From Lobosporangium transversale (lineage: Eukaryota): 64,000 bases of DNA. Positions 38,440 to 51,483 of the stretch are shown in pieces. Made by a program: the position numbers and the translations under genes. The notes beneath the pieces are model-generated. The model made no database searches and was not told where the DNA came from. It was given only the letters and a program-made list of their open reading frames with translations. The stretch lies in the NCBI RefSeq assembly GCF_002105155.1, contig NW_019028997.1:372001-436000 (forward strand), written 5' to 3'. Every line of letters begins with the position of its first letter. Position 1 is the first letter of the stretch.

Positions 38440-38700
38440 GTAGTGCAGAGCACTGCACCCTCGAAAAATAATCCGCAGGATTGTCTTCCGAAGGAATCCA
38501 AGTAGGCAGAGACTTACGCGGCATGCCTAGCTATAGGTTTCTCTGCCAAGAAAAATGGTCTTGTACGATTATACGTCGACAACCAGGCCCTATACCACTG
38601 CATCATTAAAGGAGCTTCATCAAACAACTTTGTGAACAAGTTACTCTACAAAGTTTGGTGCAGTGGTATAGGTTGTCGACGTATAATCGTACCAGACCAA
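38440..38700. mobile_element. DIRS-like retrotransposon RNase H remnant, rearranged
   Basis: Plus strand VRLYVDNQALYHCIIKGAS (38527-38662); minus strand WIPSEDNPADYFSR (~38500-38460). Confidence 0.65.
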
Positions 38701-40562
38701 GTCGGGGAGGTATCGTCTGTTGGCATTGTCTTTGTTTACTCTTGTTTTGTTTTTAAATGAAGAGAACGGCTCTCTGAGAATATGTGACATTCTATCGTTG
38801 ATGCATAGATCCCTCATGTCTCCAATTTCTCGCCAAAGTCCGCAGCGACCTCTTCGGCACAATCTACGATTTCCTTTGACCAATCTACAGCGGCATCGCT
38901 TGTGGAGGCAGCATCAGCATCGGAAACTGTATTTGAGCCATTTACTACGCGAAATTACTATAATAATTTTGTACAACATAGTATTTCGCCCAATTTTCTA
39001 GAGCATTCCGTGCCCAACTCAAAAGTACACCGAAGAAGCTAAATTCAAGCTGCCAAGGCAGCTCCATGACATCCTTTCTAACCAGTCAAAGGAGCTAGGA
39101 GGCCCAAGCAAGTTCCGAGATGCTTTAGTTTCAGGACTACATTTTGGAGGTAAAGTTGCTCTATTGCTCCTTTTGACGTTCCCATTGTGTTAATATGATA
39201 ACTCTAGCCATCAATTTGATTGAATCATAGAGTAACTTTATGCTGGGGAGCACAAGGAGAGAGTGTTACCATTTTGAATACGGAGCCCGAGCAGCGGCTG
39301 TTGCCAATAAGCGGGTTTAGGACAATCACTTGGCGCCTTACACTCGATCTTGATTTTCCGGGCATGTCTTGAATCTATGTATATCGTGTCGCTTGTTAAT
39401 TTATTCTTCATAACTTATTAACTATTGTTATCCTAGGCCACCACCATCGACCTTATGAAAAAAAATATGAAATCATCAACAGAGGATTAGATAACAAAAG
39501 AAATAGAGCAAGACGTCAAGAACCCAACCAAGACACGCACATAGGTGGACGTTGGAACGACGTCTTGGCTTCATCTCCATGAGCTCTCCATCCATCATAC
39601 TTATATCTTTTTTATCCTCTCTCCATCCTACGCGCTTTTTCTAAGATTCACGAGGTTTTCGATTTCTTTTTTATAACTTCCGTTCTATTTCAATAAATCC
39701 AGCTACAACTTGGCGGTTCTCACTTTTTTTTTTATTTATTTATTTTTATTTTTATTTTTTTATTTATATATATGTACACTCTCCCCGTTTCATTGGCACA
39801 AATAAAGGTTCGTAGAATCCTTTTGCTTACCTGGTCTTACGACATCTACTAGGACGTGTATCAAATCCTCTGAGGACTGGGGAATATCTCACCGAGCTCT
39901 GCCAGCGGATTCATTTCTGTCTTAGTAGGGATCTTTTCGATGGAGACTTTATCATCAGATTTTGGAATGCACAGCTTCCAAAGTGTGCAGAGATTTGGAT
40001 CAATGTTGTATAATTCAGGTATCAACCAGCATGGTGTCCCGGTATGGGCGCGAATTGATTACGTTTTATATTAAAGCTTTGAATCTAGTCATCCAGTATA
40101 GGCTTGGCTGCAATATTCTCATCAGATTGAGGAAATAGCTGTGGAATGCATTGTCTCTTCAGCGAGGCTCTGTGTAGAGTTACAAGCCATCTCAAAGCCA
40201 GACAAGGAACAAGCCCTGCAGAATGTCTTTTCTCTTCATGAGGGCAGTGATGCAGACGTCTTGTTTTTTAGTTAGCGGCTTGCTGATGGGATTGACGATT
40301 GATACTTTCCTTTGAAGTGCCTGCTGCGTGGTTTAGTTGCTCGTCTGTTGTTCAAGTGCTGGTGTCACGTTTCTCATGTAAGTCAGATTATGTATGTTTT
40401 ACCTTTGCATTGGAAATTCCTGAAATACAAGCTATATTCATCTCTATAGGCCAGTGTTTCGTCCAGGAATTGCGCTTTTACATCGCTGCAACCTTTCAAA
40501 GAATGCGTTTGTCATCAACCATTTGTGTTCCGTCTGATGAAAAAAAAAAAAAAAAAAAAAAA

Positions 40563-40597
<35 letters not shown>

Positions 40598-41112
40598 TTA
40601 AAAATGTTCAACTTATAGTAAATTTAATAAAAGTGATAATCTCTTTACTTGACAGCTTGAGATAGAAAGCTGATGAATTGAGATTTAGGAAGATGGCCAC
40701 AAGCAACCAGCTTCCTCCAAAAATGAACCCATGACCAGCTTGCGATAATGAGGTAAATGATAGTTTTATTTACTATCAGGTTCTACAGAGATGGTTCAAA
40801 AGAAAAATAAGCTGATGGGGTGATCTCAGTGTAGAAGCAGCAATATTCACTAGATACTGACTCTAATTGGAGATCAAGCAGGCTGACATTGGCATATTTA
40901 TGGTTATGGGGCATACACTCATCGTCAAAACCTGCCTGCTATATTATTTTAGCGACTTTAACTTAACATTTCTGCCTCCAGGAAAAAGTACGCCCTACAA
41001 AATCGTAGCCATCCTGCAGATATCATGAAATTAATAAGACCAGGCAACAATATCACATGTCGGTTGATAATGCATACTCGACAGATCAATTCAAGAAGTT
41101 CATGAAGCTTTC

Positions 41113-43317
41113 TTGGACCCGATCGTACAAATTCCAGAATGGGGGGGAGCTAAAACCCATAAGCTGATTGGGGCTCGCGATCGAGTTGCTTTTGCTTTGA
41201 ATCACTTTTTAATTATTCGTGGACAAAGTTTACGTGATGCGAAATTGAGTAGTCTGTTCCCATATATCCACGCAACAGCAGAGAATGGACGTCAGCTTTG
41301 TTTCGTTCTTGTTCTTGAGATCGTCCACGGCAATACAAATCAGGGCCACGCCGTCTATTCGTCTTGTATTCGCAACAAAGACGTTGAGCTCTGTCCTATA
41401 GGTGCTTTAGGATTTTATCTATTGGAGTTATGGATGGTTAGTTCCTGCTTTCCGACATGTTTTTTTTTTTTTTTTTTGTTTAATACTATGATGTTATACC
41501 GACATACCAACATTCGATTTGGCACTCCATCTTTTGGATTGTAGGGCAGAGGAAACAACTATCCTGATTTTCATGAAGACAAATGGATGGAAACTTTTCT
41601 CCTTTCCGGTGCCTCTGATGGTACTGCAATTTCTTCAGCCACGCTCTACAAGTAAGTAAAGCAGCATATCGAAGTAATCAGAGCCATGCGTGGTAGTTGT
41701 ATTAATATTAATAAATGGCTTTTCTTCGTGGCTTCTTATTTTTGTAGATCCATGAAAGGGATTATGGAAAAGGCAGGTTATCATACCGATAAGGTTACGT
41801 ATGACCGCAAAGCTGGAGCACAACACGCAGCCCTCATAGGATCGACGCATGGCCAGATATCTGAGCAAGGCAACTGGCCTCACACCCGCTTGGCGATCTA
41901 TTATATGCATCCAATCGCAAAGAGTGCTCCGTATGCAATGGCTGGATTCTCACAGCCTAATGAGGACTTCTGTATCCCTCGTAACACGCTTATTCCTGAC
42001 CCTAAACTTCAAAGAATGATTTTTCCTTTTATCGAGAACCTTTATGAAGGGAACAAAGGCTGGGAGCAGAGGATTGAGAATGTCACGATGGACCGCCCTG
42101 AAGACTATGGTCGCCCCTTTTTACAACAAACGATCTACCGCAAGGAGGACTATCCAAAAATACGCATCAACATTATTCTTGCTCATTTAAGAAAAATTAT
42201 TCTCCAGGACATGGCTGTACTGATGAGAACTACCGACGGCATTAATTGTTTATACGGCGCGCACCATATTTTTCAGTTAAATGTCTTTTGTTCGCCAGAA
42301 TTTGGAGCGTTCAGTAAAAAGCTGTGTCAGACAATGGACGAGACAAGATCTCCTCTGACGGATAGCCTTGCAACCAATACTCCAGCAATAGTACAGAAAC
42401 TTGACGATATAGGAACACAAATTGATGCCCTTAATGTCTTAGTGCAATCAGAAAGTTATGAAAGAATTGAAAATACTGTCCGTAACTGGTCGACTACAGA
42501 GCAGCAACTAATAGCATTAGCCCGCTTAGAGGCTACTTTCGACAATGCAGTAAGAGATCTGGGTCAAACCATACGTAAGCTTAATTTAATTCAGGCAGGG
42601 CGGGAACGAGTGCTCGAGCACCGGAAGCAAATGTAGCAGAGGCGCGAATCAGGACGGACGAGCTCGTTTACCCGAGAGCAAGAGCATACGGATGGATACT
42701 TAGATAGCTATGAACAAGGACATGGGCAAGAGAGCGTGGTTAGTACCTCTACATCTTTACAAGAACTGGATTCATTCTTCAATGAAGTAGAGCGGGGAGA
42801 AGGAGAGGAAGAGGAAGCAGCTCAAAGAAGGCGAATTCAACATGGTGTCTCATTAGGCGGAAATCACACGGAGGCTGAAAAGGAGGATTCAACTATAGAC
42901 GGTCTGGAGGAAATAGCGAATCAGATTGCCATGTCCTACCCCCAAATTGAACCAACCGTTTCAACACACGATATGCTACCACAATCAGCACCTCTTAGTC
43001 AGCAGTGGAACGAGTGGTTCGTTGGTGATGGCCTCGCAGGGCGGCCCTCCATATGGGCCATGAATAAGAAGCAAGTTGAAAATAGAGTGAAATGGCGTAA
43101 AGGATTCAATGCGCAGAAGAGGCAGCATTATCTAATGAAGAAGGATCTGATTGAGGCAGTTTTGGAAGAGATATCAAAATCAACACGTATAAGCTTAAAG
43201 GAAAAGGAAACTGGGGCCCTGGCGTCAGTTTCCGAGGCGATCGCCATGACTGGAACCAACAATGCCTTTGTCAAGGCCTACAGAGCACAAAGGAGCAAGA
43301 AAAAGATTCATAATTAA
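41113..43317 (+). mobile_element. Crypton-type tyrosine-recombinase transposon gene (NDC10-II-like domain plus GCR1_C), pseudogenised
   Basis: IRGQSLRDAKLSSL, HGNTNQ, RNKDVELCPIGALGFYL, KVTYDRKAGA, QGNW..YY, MAGF, LRKIILQD; C-terminal WNEWFVG..PSI..KWR. In-frame TAG at 42634-42636. Confidence 0.82.
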
Positions 43318-43627
43318 TAAAACTAAGTTTGCTGCAATCATAGGATGTAATTTCGGCGGGCAAATATACTAAATAAATCCTACATGACCTCGGGAGTCCT
43401 TGTTATCAATTTCGGCGAGCATAAAGAAGAGGCCTGTCCAGAGTTTGTTTTTTGTTACAATCAACTCTGATTTGCATCTTACTAAAATGGACCTTTTTTT
43501 AACTCTTACATTCTTGATTCTACCTTTTACAATAATGCCGAAAGTGAGAAAATCAGCCAAGAGTCATAGGAGGTGGCCAATCTTTGAAGCTTCCACAGAC
43601 AATCCATCTTCAATAAAGCCCAAGGAC

Positions 43628-43874
43628 AATGGGCTACTGAATGGTCTACGACCTATTCACATTGTCATAGGCACCATGGACGGATGTGTCACCTTTCTTC
43701 ATTGAAAATCCAACAAGAAATAAAGAAAATAAACTAAATAAAAGATCTCTCTGCCCTGCAAATCTGTTCTGCATCTACTTCTCGAGCCAAAAGGATGGCG
43801 TGGGTGGGACATACGTTCATGGTACCTATGACAATGTGAATAGTTGTCCTTCGTAGATCATTCAGTGAACCATT
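43628..43874. repeat. Imperfect inverted repeat pair (~60-70-bp arms), MITE-like or foldback
   Basis: actgaatggtctacg..ctattcacattgtcataggcaccatgga (43636-43693) is the reverse complement of 43803-43866. Confidence 0.75.
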
Positions 43875-43972
43875 CCCTACGGTACTATGTCTGTATGTGG
43901 CTCCAGGGAGATCGCCAAAGGGAACTAAACTAAAACAAAACTAAACGAAACGAACAACTAACTAAAGAAAAC

Positions 43973-44085
43973 CTAGCCTAGAGTGCTCATGGCCATGTTG
44001 TTGGAGGTGGCACTCGACAAACGGTAGTGCTTCTCGAAGACTTTCGAGAACGATCAATTTCCTTGCACCATGATGTCTGTGCCTT
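43973..44085 (-). mobile_element. DIRS-like tyrosine recombinase C-terminal fragment
   Basis: DIMVQGN*SFSKVFEKHYRLS fits the G.W.S..F..Y catalytic-tyrosine box, with Trp changed to a stop. Confidence 0.6.
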
Positions 44086-45105
44086 TTTGCTTGATATAAT
44101 TAGAGGCCCATTTTAACACAAATTTCTCGCCCAGTGTAAAGTATTGTAATATCCTCGTTGGGTTTTTGAGTTCGTCAGTGGCTGGCTCTCATGGAGCCAT
44201 GTAGTAACACTGATCCACTCTCTTTACAATGTCTTAATACAGATTGGTCCTAGAAAAAAAAAAAAAAGTTCTCGGTAACACTAGTTTATCCGGAAAGATG
44301 TGTTTTGGAGGGAAGTGGCGGTTCCGAATATCGAAAAGTACCTGTCGGTCATAACCACTCTTTTTCCAACACTCTTTAGTACTGAAACCAGTTCATTATC
44401 CGTAAGGGAGGAGAGGTAAGGAATGCCGTCCATTACAGCCTTCTGCTGCAGCAATCGCTGTCATTAGGCCACTCTCGTCTAGCTTGATCTGTTTGGAGGA
44501 ACCACCATCACTCTTATCATCTTCCAGCTGAGAGTTCTTGCTGCATTGTTGAAAGTAGCCTTTGAGCCTTAAGTTAATGCTATTAGTTGCTGCCGCATGA
44601 ATGTCATATTTGTCGTTACTGTAGTCGACCAGTTACAGACATTATTTTCAATTCTTTCATGGTCTCGAGAAGAACTTTCTGATTACATTAAGGTACTAAG
44701 AGCAGCAATTTGTGTCCTACTCACAAATGCGCTCCATCTGGTCATTCGCTATTGTAGCTTATCTCAATCCTTGATGTTAGTTCCCCGTTGTGCAAAAGAG
44801 AAGACAAAGCAGAGATATTGGATAATAATGTGTAATTTGATGGGTTGCAGTTCTTTCTACTATTTCTAATTAGGACGACCAGTATGCAGACACAAGCAGC
44901 ATTCTGCCATGGACTGATTCCTAGACCAGTTGCCGTACGTTAGCAAATAGATTGTATCAACCCTTATGAGAACTACCGCTTCGCCGGCGATGAGATAAAT
45001 GTAATAGCTACCCATCTTCTCTTACGTGAATACTTCATACTTGAACCCCGGATTGTGGTGTCTTCTATTGTTTGGCTGCTCCAAGATATTTAACTGACGC
45101 GGTGA

Positions 45106-45136
<31 letters not shown>

Positions 45137-46076
45137 CTTATGTAGGCATAGATCAACTCAGTAACTTACTCCGCGATGTTTCCGAGATAATTTTTATAAA
45201 TGGAAACATCTCCTAACCTTTAACTATGTAAGGCATCCAGGAAAGGGAGGGGCCATACCCAATTGCTGGCCATTTATAGACGCCATATATATATCTCGCT
45301 GTGTGAAGACCTTACAGGAACCAAGAGCGCCTTTACAGCGGCTACAAATGGCATCACATTCTGAAATGCCAGGGTTTTGTGTCTCCGGATGGAATTATAT
45401 GTCATCTAAACGGGCCTTTCCCGGGCGCGTAAGACGATACTTTTATGTTGAAAGGGTCAAAGTTTTATAATTTTCTAGGCTTCGGCCAGCTGAAATCATA
45501 CATTTTTCGCCGGTTTAATCTAGACTGTTGAAGTATCTAAACGTTTCAGCATATTCCTTCAACCAATCTATCGTCCCTTTTGAGACTTGAATATCCATGC
45601 TTGAATTCATTTTTATTTGTTGTAAACTCGTAAAAATAAGTAGAAAAAAAAAAAAAAAAGAAAATGAAGTTATAAAAACAAATTGGCCTTTCCGACCCCG
45701 CCCTGCCGCGCACTGGCACGGGGACTCGGTATGAAAGGTCCAGTAACAACTACCATAGGAACTCGCTGAGACAGTGCCAAGTGCAGTAATTAATGATTTA
45801 AAGTTTATAAACCGCAATGCTTTCCTGTCTTTAAGCGTAAAAAAAAAAAAAGTGATGAGTGAATGGAGAGGGAGAAGAATGTTAGAAATCTAAAATACTT
45901 ATACGAATACAAGTTATACGCGCTTACTGATGCGCGAGGACAAACTGATGAAAGCGATCCGTGACTGCAAAATGAAGGTAAAGGAGGGCACTCCGAAAAG
46001 GTCTCTCTAATGGAGTTCTGCTTTGCTGCATCAGCCAAACTTGTCTTTAAATAGCCAAAAGCGCGAATACAAAACT

Positions 46077-46377
46077 ATGCCATCCCAAGGTAACAAAGGA
46101 ATGAAGACATCAAGAATCAAAGGATGAATTCCATTCTCTTTTCGTTTTTTCCTTGTTTTTACTGACAGCCAGGCAATTTTTATTTTATTTTTTTATATTG
46201 TATTATTTTAGATACTTTAGACCTTCTGGCGCGTTTGAAATCCGCAGCCTTTCCAGGTGTGCCTCTTGAAGAGTTACCAGAAACATTCCAGGTATGACAA
46301 CCGTCTACTTCTTTTATATTCAGCTGTATCGATTCACCATCGTCATGATAACAAAAATGGGATGAATTTATATTTCG

Positions 46378-46425
<48 letters not shown>

Positions 46426-49400
46426 TATCATACATAGTTACCGACTTCAATTGCAGGACCTCTGACTTATGATGACATTAGACGGGACATTGAAAAAGAG
46501 CACCTTTTACCCAGTAATACCTTCTCAACTGAGTGGCTCAACAAATGTCAGGAAGTTTTCGATAGAGATCAGGAGTTCAATACCTTACTCTTAATGGAGC
46601 CCTCGCCCGCAGAATCCACTATCGCATTGGAACCTCATAATGTGTATGGTGTCCGGGGTGGATACTATGAGAAAAACTTGCGTTCGACTCACCTCGTTGG
46701 TTCCAATGCTATAGCCAGCACTTCCATCATGACCGCTAAAAACTCCACAAGCTTTGCTCGTGCTCCTGGAAAAAGAACAGATTTCGTAAGAGGCAAAGCG
46801 GGCTATTTCCCCTTCACACCCGGTGGACTCGATCTAGAAGAAATCAAAGGCGTTGGTCCCCTGGAGGCAGAAAAAGCCGCGCTCGGCTTGGATGATATCG
46901 ACATTGCGAAGACGATTGCTGAGAATTTATCGATAGAGTCTGAGGGATGGTTGACAAAGCCTCCTGGTTTCACTAGAGGCCTTTTCTCGGATGAAGATAC
47001 AGATGGAGAGGCCCATGCTCATGGGGTGGATGGAACAACTACAGCTGACTCTAATAAGCTGAATGGGGCCTTGTTCAATATCACAGATATCCTCTCGGGA
47101 CAGGATATAGACGAGGAAGCAGACTTTGAAGCCTTGATGGATCCTGTACCGCAACCAACTGCACAGGAACCAGCGGATTCGGCCGCAGAAGCGACAAAAG
47201 TCAAGGAGGAGACGAAGACTGGAGTAGCCGCCGAGAAAGAGACACCAGATGAAGTGGATACAATTCTGGACAGTGTTATTTCAGTAGCTGGAACAAAACG
47301 CCCCATCAAAGCAGCCCAGACCAAGGGCCGTGAATGGGCGCATGTGGTAGATGTAAATGAGCCCTTTGATGATTTCTACACTCTAGTCCCAGAGATGGCA
47401 CATCCGTATCCCTTTGAACTCGACACATTCCAGAAGAGGGCAGTCTATCATCTGGAGAAGGGCGAATCTGTTTTTGTGGCGGCCCATACTAGTGCTGGAA
47501 AGACAGTGGTGGCAGAGTATGCAATCGCTTTAGCCTCCAAACACATGACCAAGGCCATTTACACCTCACCCATCAAGGCGCTATCTAATCAAAAGTTCAG
47601 GGATTTTAAGGACACATTTGAAGAAGTTGGAATATTAACAGGAGATGTTCAAATCAACCCCGAGGCTTCCTGTTTGATTATGACAACCGAGATTCTCAGG
47701 AGTATGCTTTATCGAGGCGCTGATCTGATCCGTGATGTCGAATTTGTGATCTTTGATGAAGTTCATTATGTCAATGACTTGGAGCGTGGAGTCGTCTGGG
47801 AAGAGGTCATTATTATGCTTCCTGCGCATGTCACGTTGATCTTGTTATCAGCTACGGTACCAAACACAAAGGAATTCGCCGATTGGGTTGGACGAACGAA
47901 AAAGAAAGACATTTATGTTATCAGTACACCCAAGCGTCCTGTTCCACTAGAGCATTATCTCTTTGCTAATCGAGAAATCTACAAGATCGTGGATGCCAAA
48001 CAAACATGGCTCAACAAGGGTTACAAAGATGCAGTGGACGCCATATCCAAGAAGGAATCTGATGCAAAAGTTGCTCAGCGGGGCGGCCGTGGAGGGGCTA
48101 CAGGGCGTGGTGGCGGTGGACGTGGCGCTATCGGTGGTGGTGGCGGTGGTTGGAGGAATGACAAACAAGATAAGAATCTCTTCACACATTTGGTTGGATT
48201 CCTCAATAAGAAACAGTTCTTGCCCGTTGTTGTTTTCACGTTTTCAAAGAAGAAGTGTGAGGAGAACGCAGCAGGGTTGTCGAGTACAGATCTGATGACT
48301 TCCTCGGAAAAGAGCCAAGTCCATGTGTTCTTTCAAAAGTCGCTCGAACGATTACACGACATAGATCGGGACTTGCCGCAAATTACAAGGATGAGGGATC
48401 TGATGGGCAGGGGTATTGCAGTTCATCACTCGGGACTCTTACCAATTATGAAAGAGGTTTGTTAATCGTTTTTTTATTTGATGGAATGACAGTCTTAATC
48501 AGCCATGGTCTAATAACTTTTATATTTTACTCTTCATGCATGCGTGTAGATGGTTGAAATCATGTTTGCCCGTGGTCTAGTTAAAGTCCTCTTTGCTACT
48601 GAAACATTTGCAATGGTATTTTTTTTTTTTTTTTTTTTTTTGTTAATCCAAGTTTTCTATATTTTAAACAGATTTAGTCCATGATACTATGATCTTTTTT
48701 TTCCCTCTCAATCTACTACTGTTGTAGGGCGTAAATATGCCTGCCCGCACAGTTGTATTCTCAGGTATTCGTAAGCATGATGGGCGTAGCTTCCGCAATC
48801 TCTTGCCAGGTAAGTAACACTTTTAGTTTTTATTTTATTTAGCTCTAATTCTTTGCATTGCATGTTTAAGATAATGCTTTTATCATTCTTTTTTTATTTT
48901 TTATTTTATTTTTATTTTTATTTTTTTAAATATGAAAAAAAGGTGAATACACACAAATGTCAGGCCGTGCAGGAAGACGTGGTTTAGATTCGACAGGGTT
49001 AGTCATCATTGCCAGCAATGGTGATCCACCAGAGTCAACAGATCTACAGGAGATGTTATTAGGCAAAGGAACAAGATTATTATCCCAATTCCGGTTGACC
49101 TATAATATGATCCTGAACTTACTTCGAGTTGAGGCTCTTCGAGTCGAAGAGATGATCAAACGCAGTTTCTCTGAGAATACATCTCAAAAAGCCATGCCAG
49201 AAAAGGAAAAGCTGTTTGCGGAGGTAATATATATATATATATATATATATAAAGAAATGGGAGATAAGAAATTTTTAAAAGTTGAGGCACTCAATTTTAT
49301 TTTATTTTTTAACGTTCACTTTTGAAAAATATGTATTTTTATATAGAGTGCAAAGTCAATGGAAAGCCTCAAGAAATTGGATTGTTTTATCTGTAATAAG

Positions 49401-51343
49401 GATATCGAGGAATTTTACGACATGTCTTCCAGAATGGTGACAATCAACCACCACCTGATGGATAGAGTTATCAAGTTTGGCATCAGGGCCCTTGGCGCTG
49501 GTCGCATCGTTGTCTTGAATAGCAGTGTAAGATGAGCGCAGATCTAGGCTTGAGATCAATGAAGGAAGGGTGAAAAAGGATGGAATTCAAACAAGTACAC
49601 TTGTCAACAGACATCTCCTTCAACATCTTTATTTATTCATTTATTTCTTTATTTCAGTTCCACAGAAATACCCTTGCAGTCATCCTCAAGACAGTTGCTG
49701 AGGCTGACATGATGGCTAAGCAATCTAAATCTTATTGGTGCTGTATCATGACCGAGGCTAAGAAAGGTATAATAATAGTTATATGGAAAAATGAGATATT
49801 ACAGTGCGGATCGTATTGATGATGTTTAGTTGTCATGCTAACATCCCACCTCCCTTTCCTATATTTATATTCTAGAAAAACCTGTGGTTGAGCAGGATGT
49901 TTTGATTCCTGTTACACAACTCAGGGCCTCAAATATACAGGAAATCAGCCTAGTTACTGAGGCTGTACCATTCCATGACATCTTCACAATCACCGACACC
50001 AGTCTCCAGATTGATGTCGACGCTATCATGCGGAAAGATGTCCAGGCTGTTACCAAGGTCCGCAAGGACCTGAGCCGGTATGCTGAAGAGGTTGAAGAAC
50101 AAAAAGGAGGGCTTGTTACGGAATACAATTGGAATAAGATCAAGGATCTTGAGTTCCGAGAATATCTCGCTCAAAAGAAGACTTTATTCTCCAGAGTCCT
50201 GGAATGCCAATGTAATAAATGTCCAGACCTGAAGGCTCATGTAAGTCTAATGTATATGGGTTTCCTTGGATAGGAAAAGAGAAGGAATGAGGATAAGAAA
50301 CCAACGTTTTTTTTTTTTTTTTTTTTTTTTCCTGGTAATATAGTATGCCATGATCCACCAAGAGAGAGAGCTGAAATATAAATTGGAAGAATTGCAGCGC
50401 ACGATTTCTGATCAAAATCTGGAGCTCCTCCCAGATTATCATCAACGCATTGCGATCCTCAAAGAGCTCAACTATTTGGATCCGGAGAGTTCGACTGTAC
50501 AACTCAAGGGTCGAGTGGCCTGTGAGATCAACAGTGCGGACGAATTAATCCTCACAGAGTTGATCCTTGATAACATGTTCTCCGAGTTTGAACCCGAAGA
50601 GATCGTAGCATTACTCTCCTGTTTTGTCTGCCAAGAGAAGAATGCGTCTGAACCGAACCTGACACCTCAATTGCAAAGAGGCAAGGAGATGATCCTGGCT
50701 ATTGAAGAAAGGATGGCAGAGGTTCAAAAAGCTTATGGACTGGAGTCTGCGACTGCTCCGGGGTCGTCCGCTTTACGTTTTGGCTTGACTGAGGTCGTGT
50801 ACGAATGGGCTAGGGGAATGAGCTTCAAGCAGATCACAGACCTGACAGATGTTCAAGAAGGTACTTGCCATGACTACAAAACAAAACAAAACAAAACAAA
50901 ACAAAACCAAAAAAAGAAAAAAAAATCTGCAGAGTTTTCGAGTTTCATGGAGGGAGGATATACAAATTCATATCATTCATAATATCTGTTTATTGACCCT
51001 GATTAATTCTTTTAGGTTCTATTGTGAGAACAATCCATCGTCTGGATGAGACATGCAACGAAGTCAGAAACGCGGCGAGGATGATTGGAGATGCGGCTCT
51101 GTACAATAAGATGGAGTTGGCTGGTCAAGCTATCAAGCGTGATATTGTCTTTGCGGCTAGTTTGGTAAAGTATTCGTTTATTTATTTACTTATTTATTAA
51201 TATTATTTTTTTTTTATTTAAAAAAAAGTTGCCTTCTAATTTCAATGTCAAGAATAATCATTCTAACGATCTTCTTTGTGTTATCTTTTTTTATTTTTTT
51301 ATTTTTTATTTTTTTTCCTTTTTCTTAATAGTATTATCAATAA
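46077..51343 (+). CDS. SKI2: Ski2 DExH RNA helicase (SKI complex), multi-exon
   Basis: [11 protein letters not shown] Ski2_N motif, [46 protein letters not shown] and DSHCT end [14 protein letters not shown]. Confidence 0.97.
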
Positions 51344-51483
51344 GGGTATCATTAGAGTGCAACAGGGCTTCATGGTTTTATCTGTAATAGAAACGCTTTT
51401 GCGCTTAGAGAGGTTTATTCCAATATAAAAAATAAAATAAAAAAAATAAAAAAATAAAATTGGTTTCTGCCTCCTATTATTAT

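Noticed and set aside
45851..45950. Possible box C/D snoRNA (GTGATGA..CTGA) upstream of SKI2
   Set aside because: No terminal stem or recognisable rRNA guide; such short boxes occur by chance.
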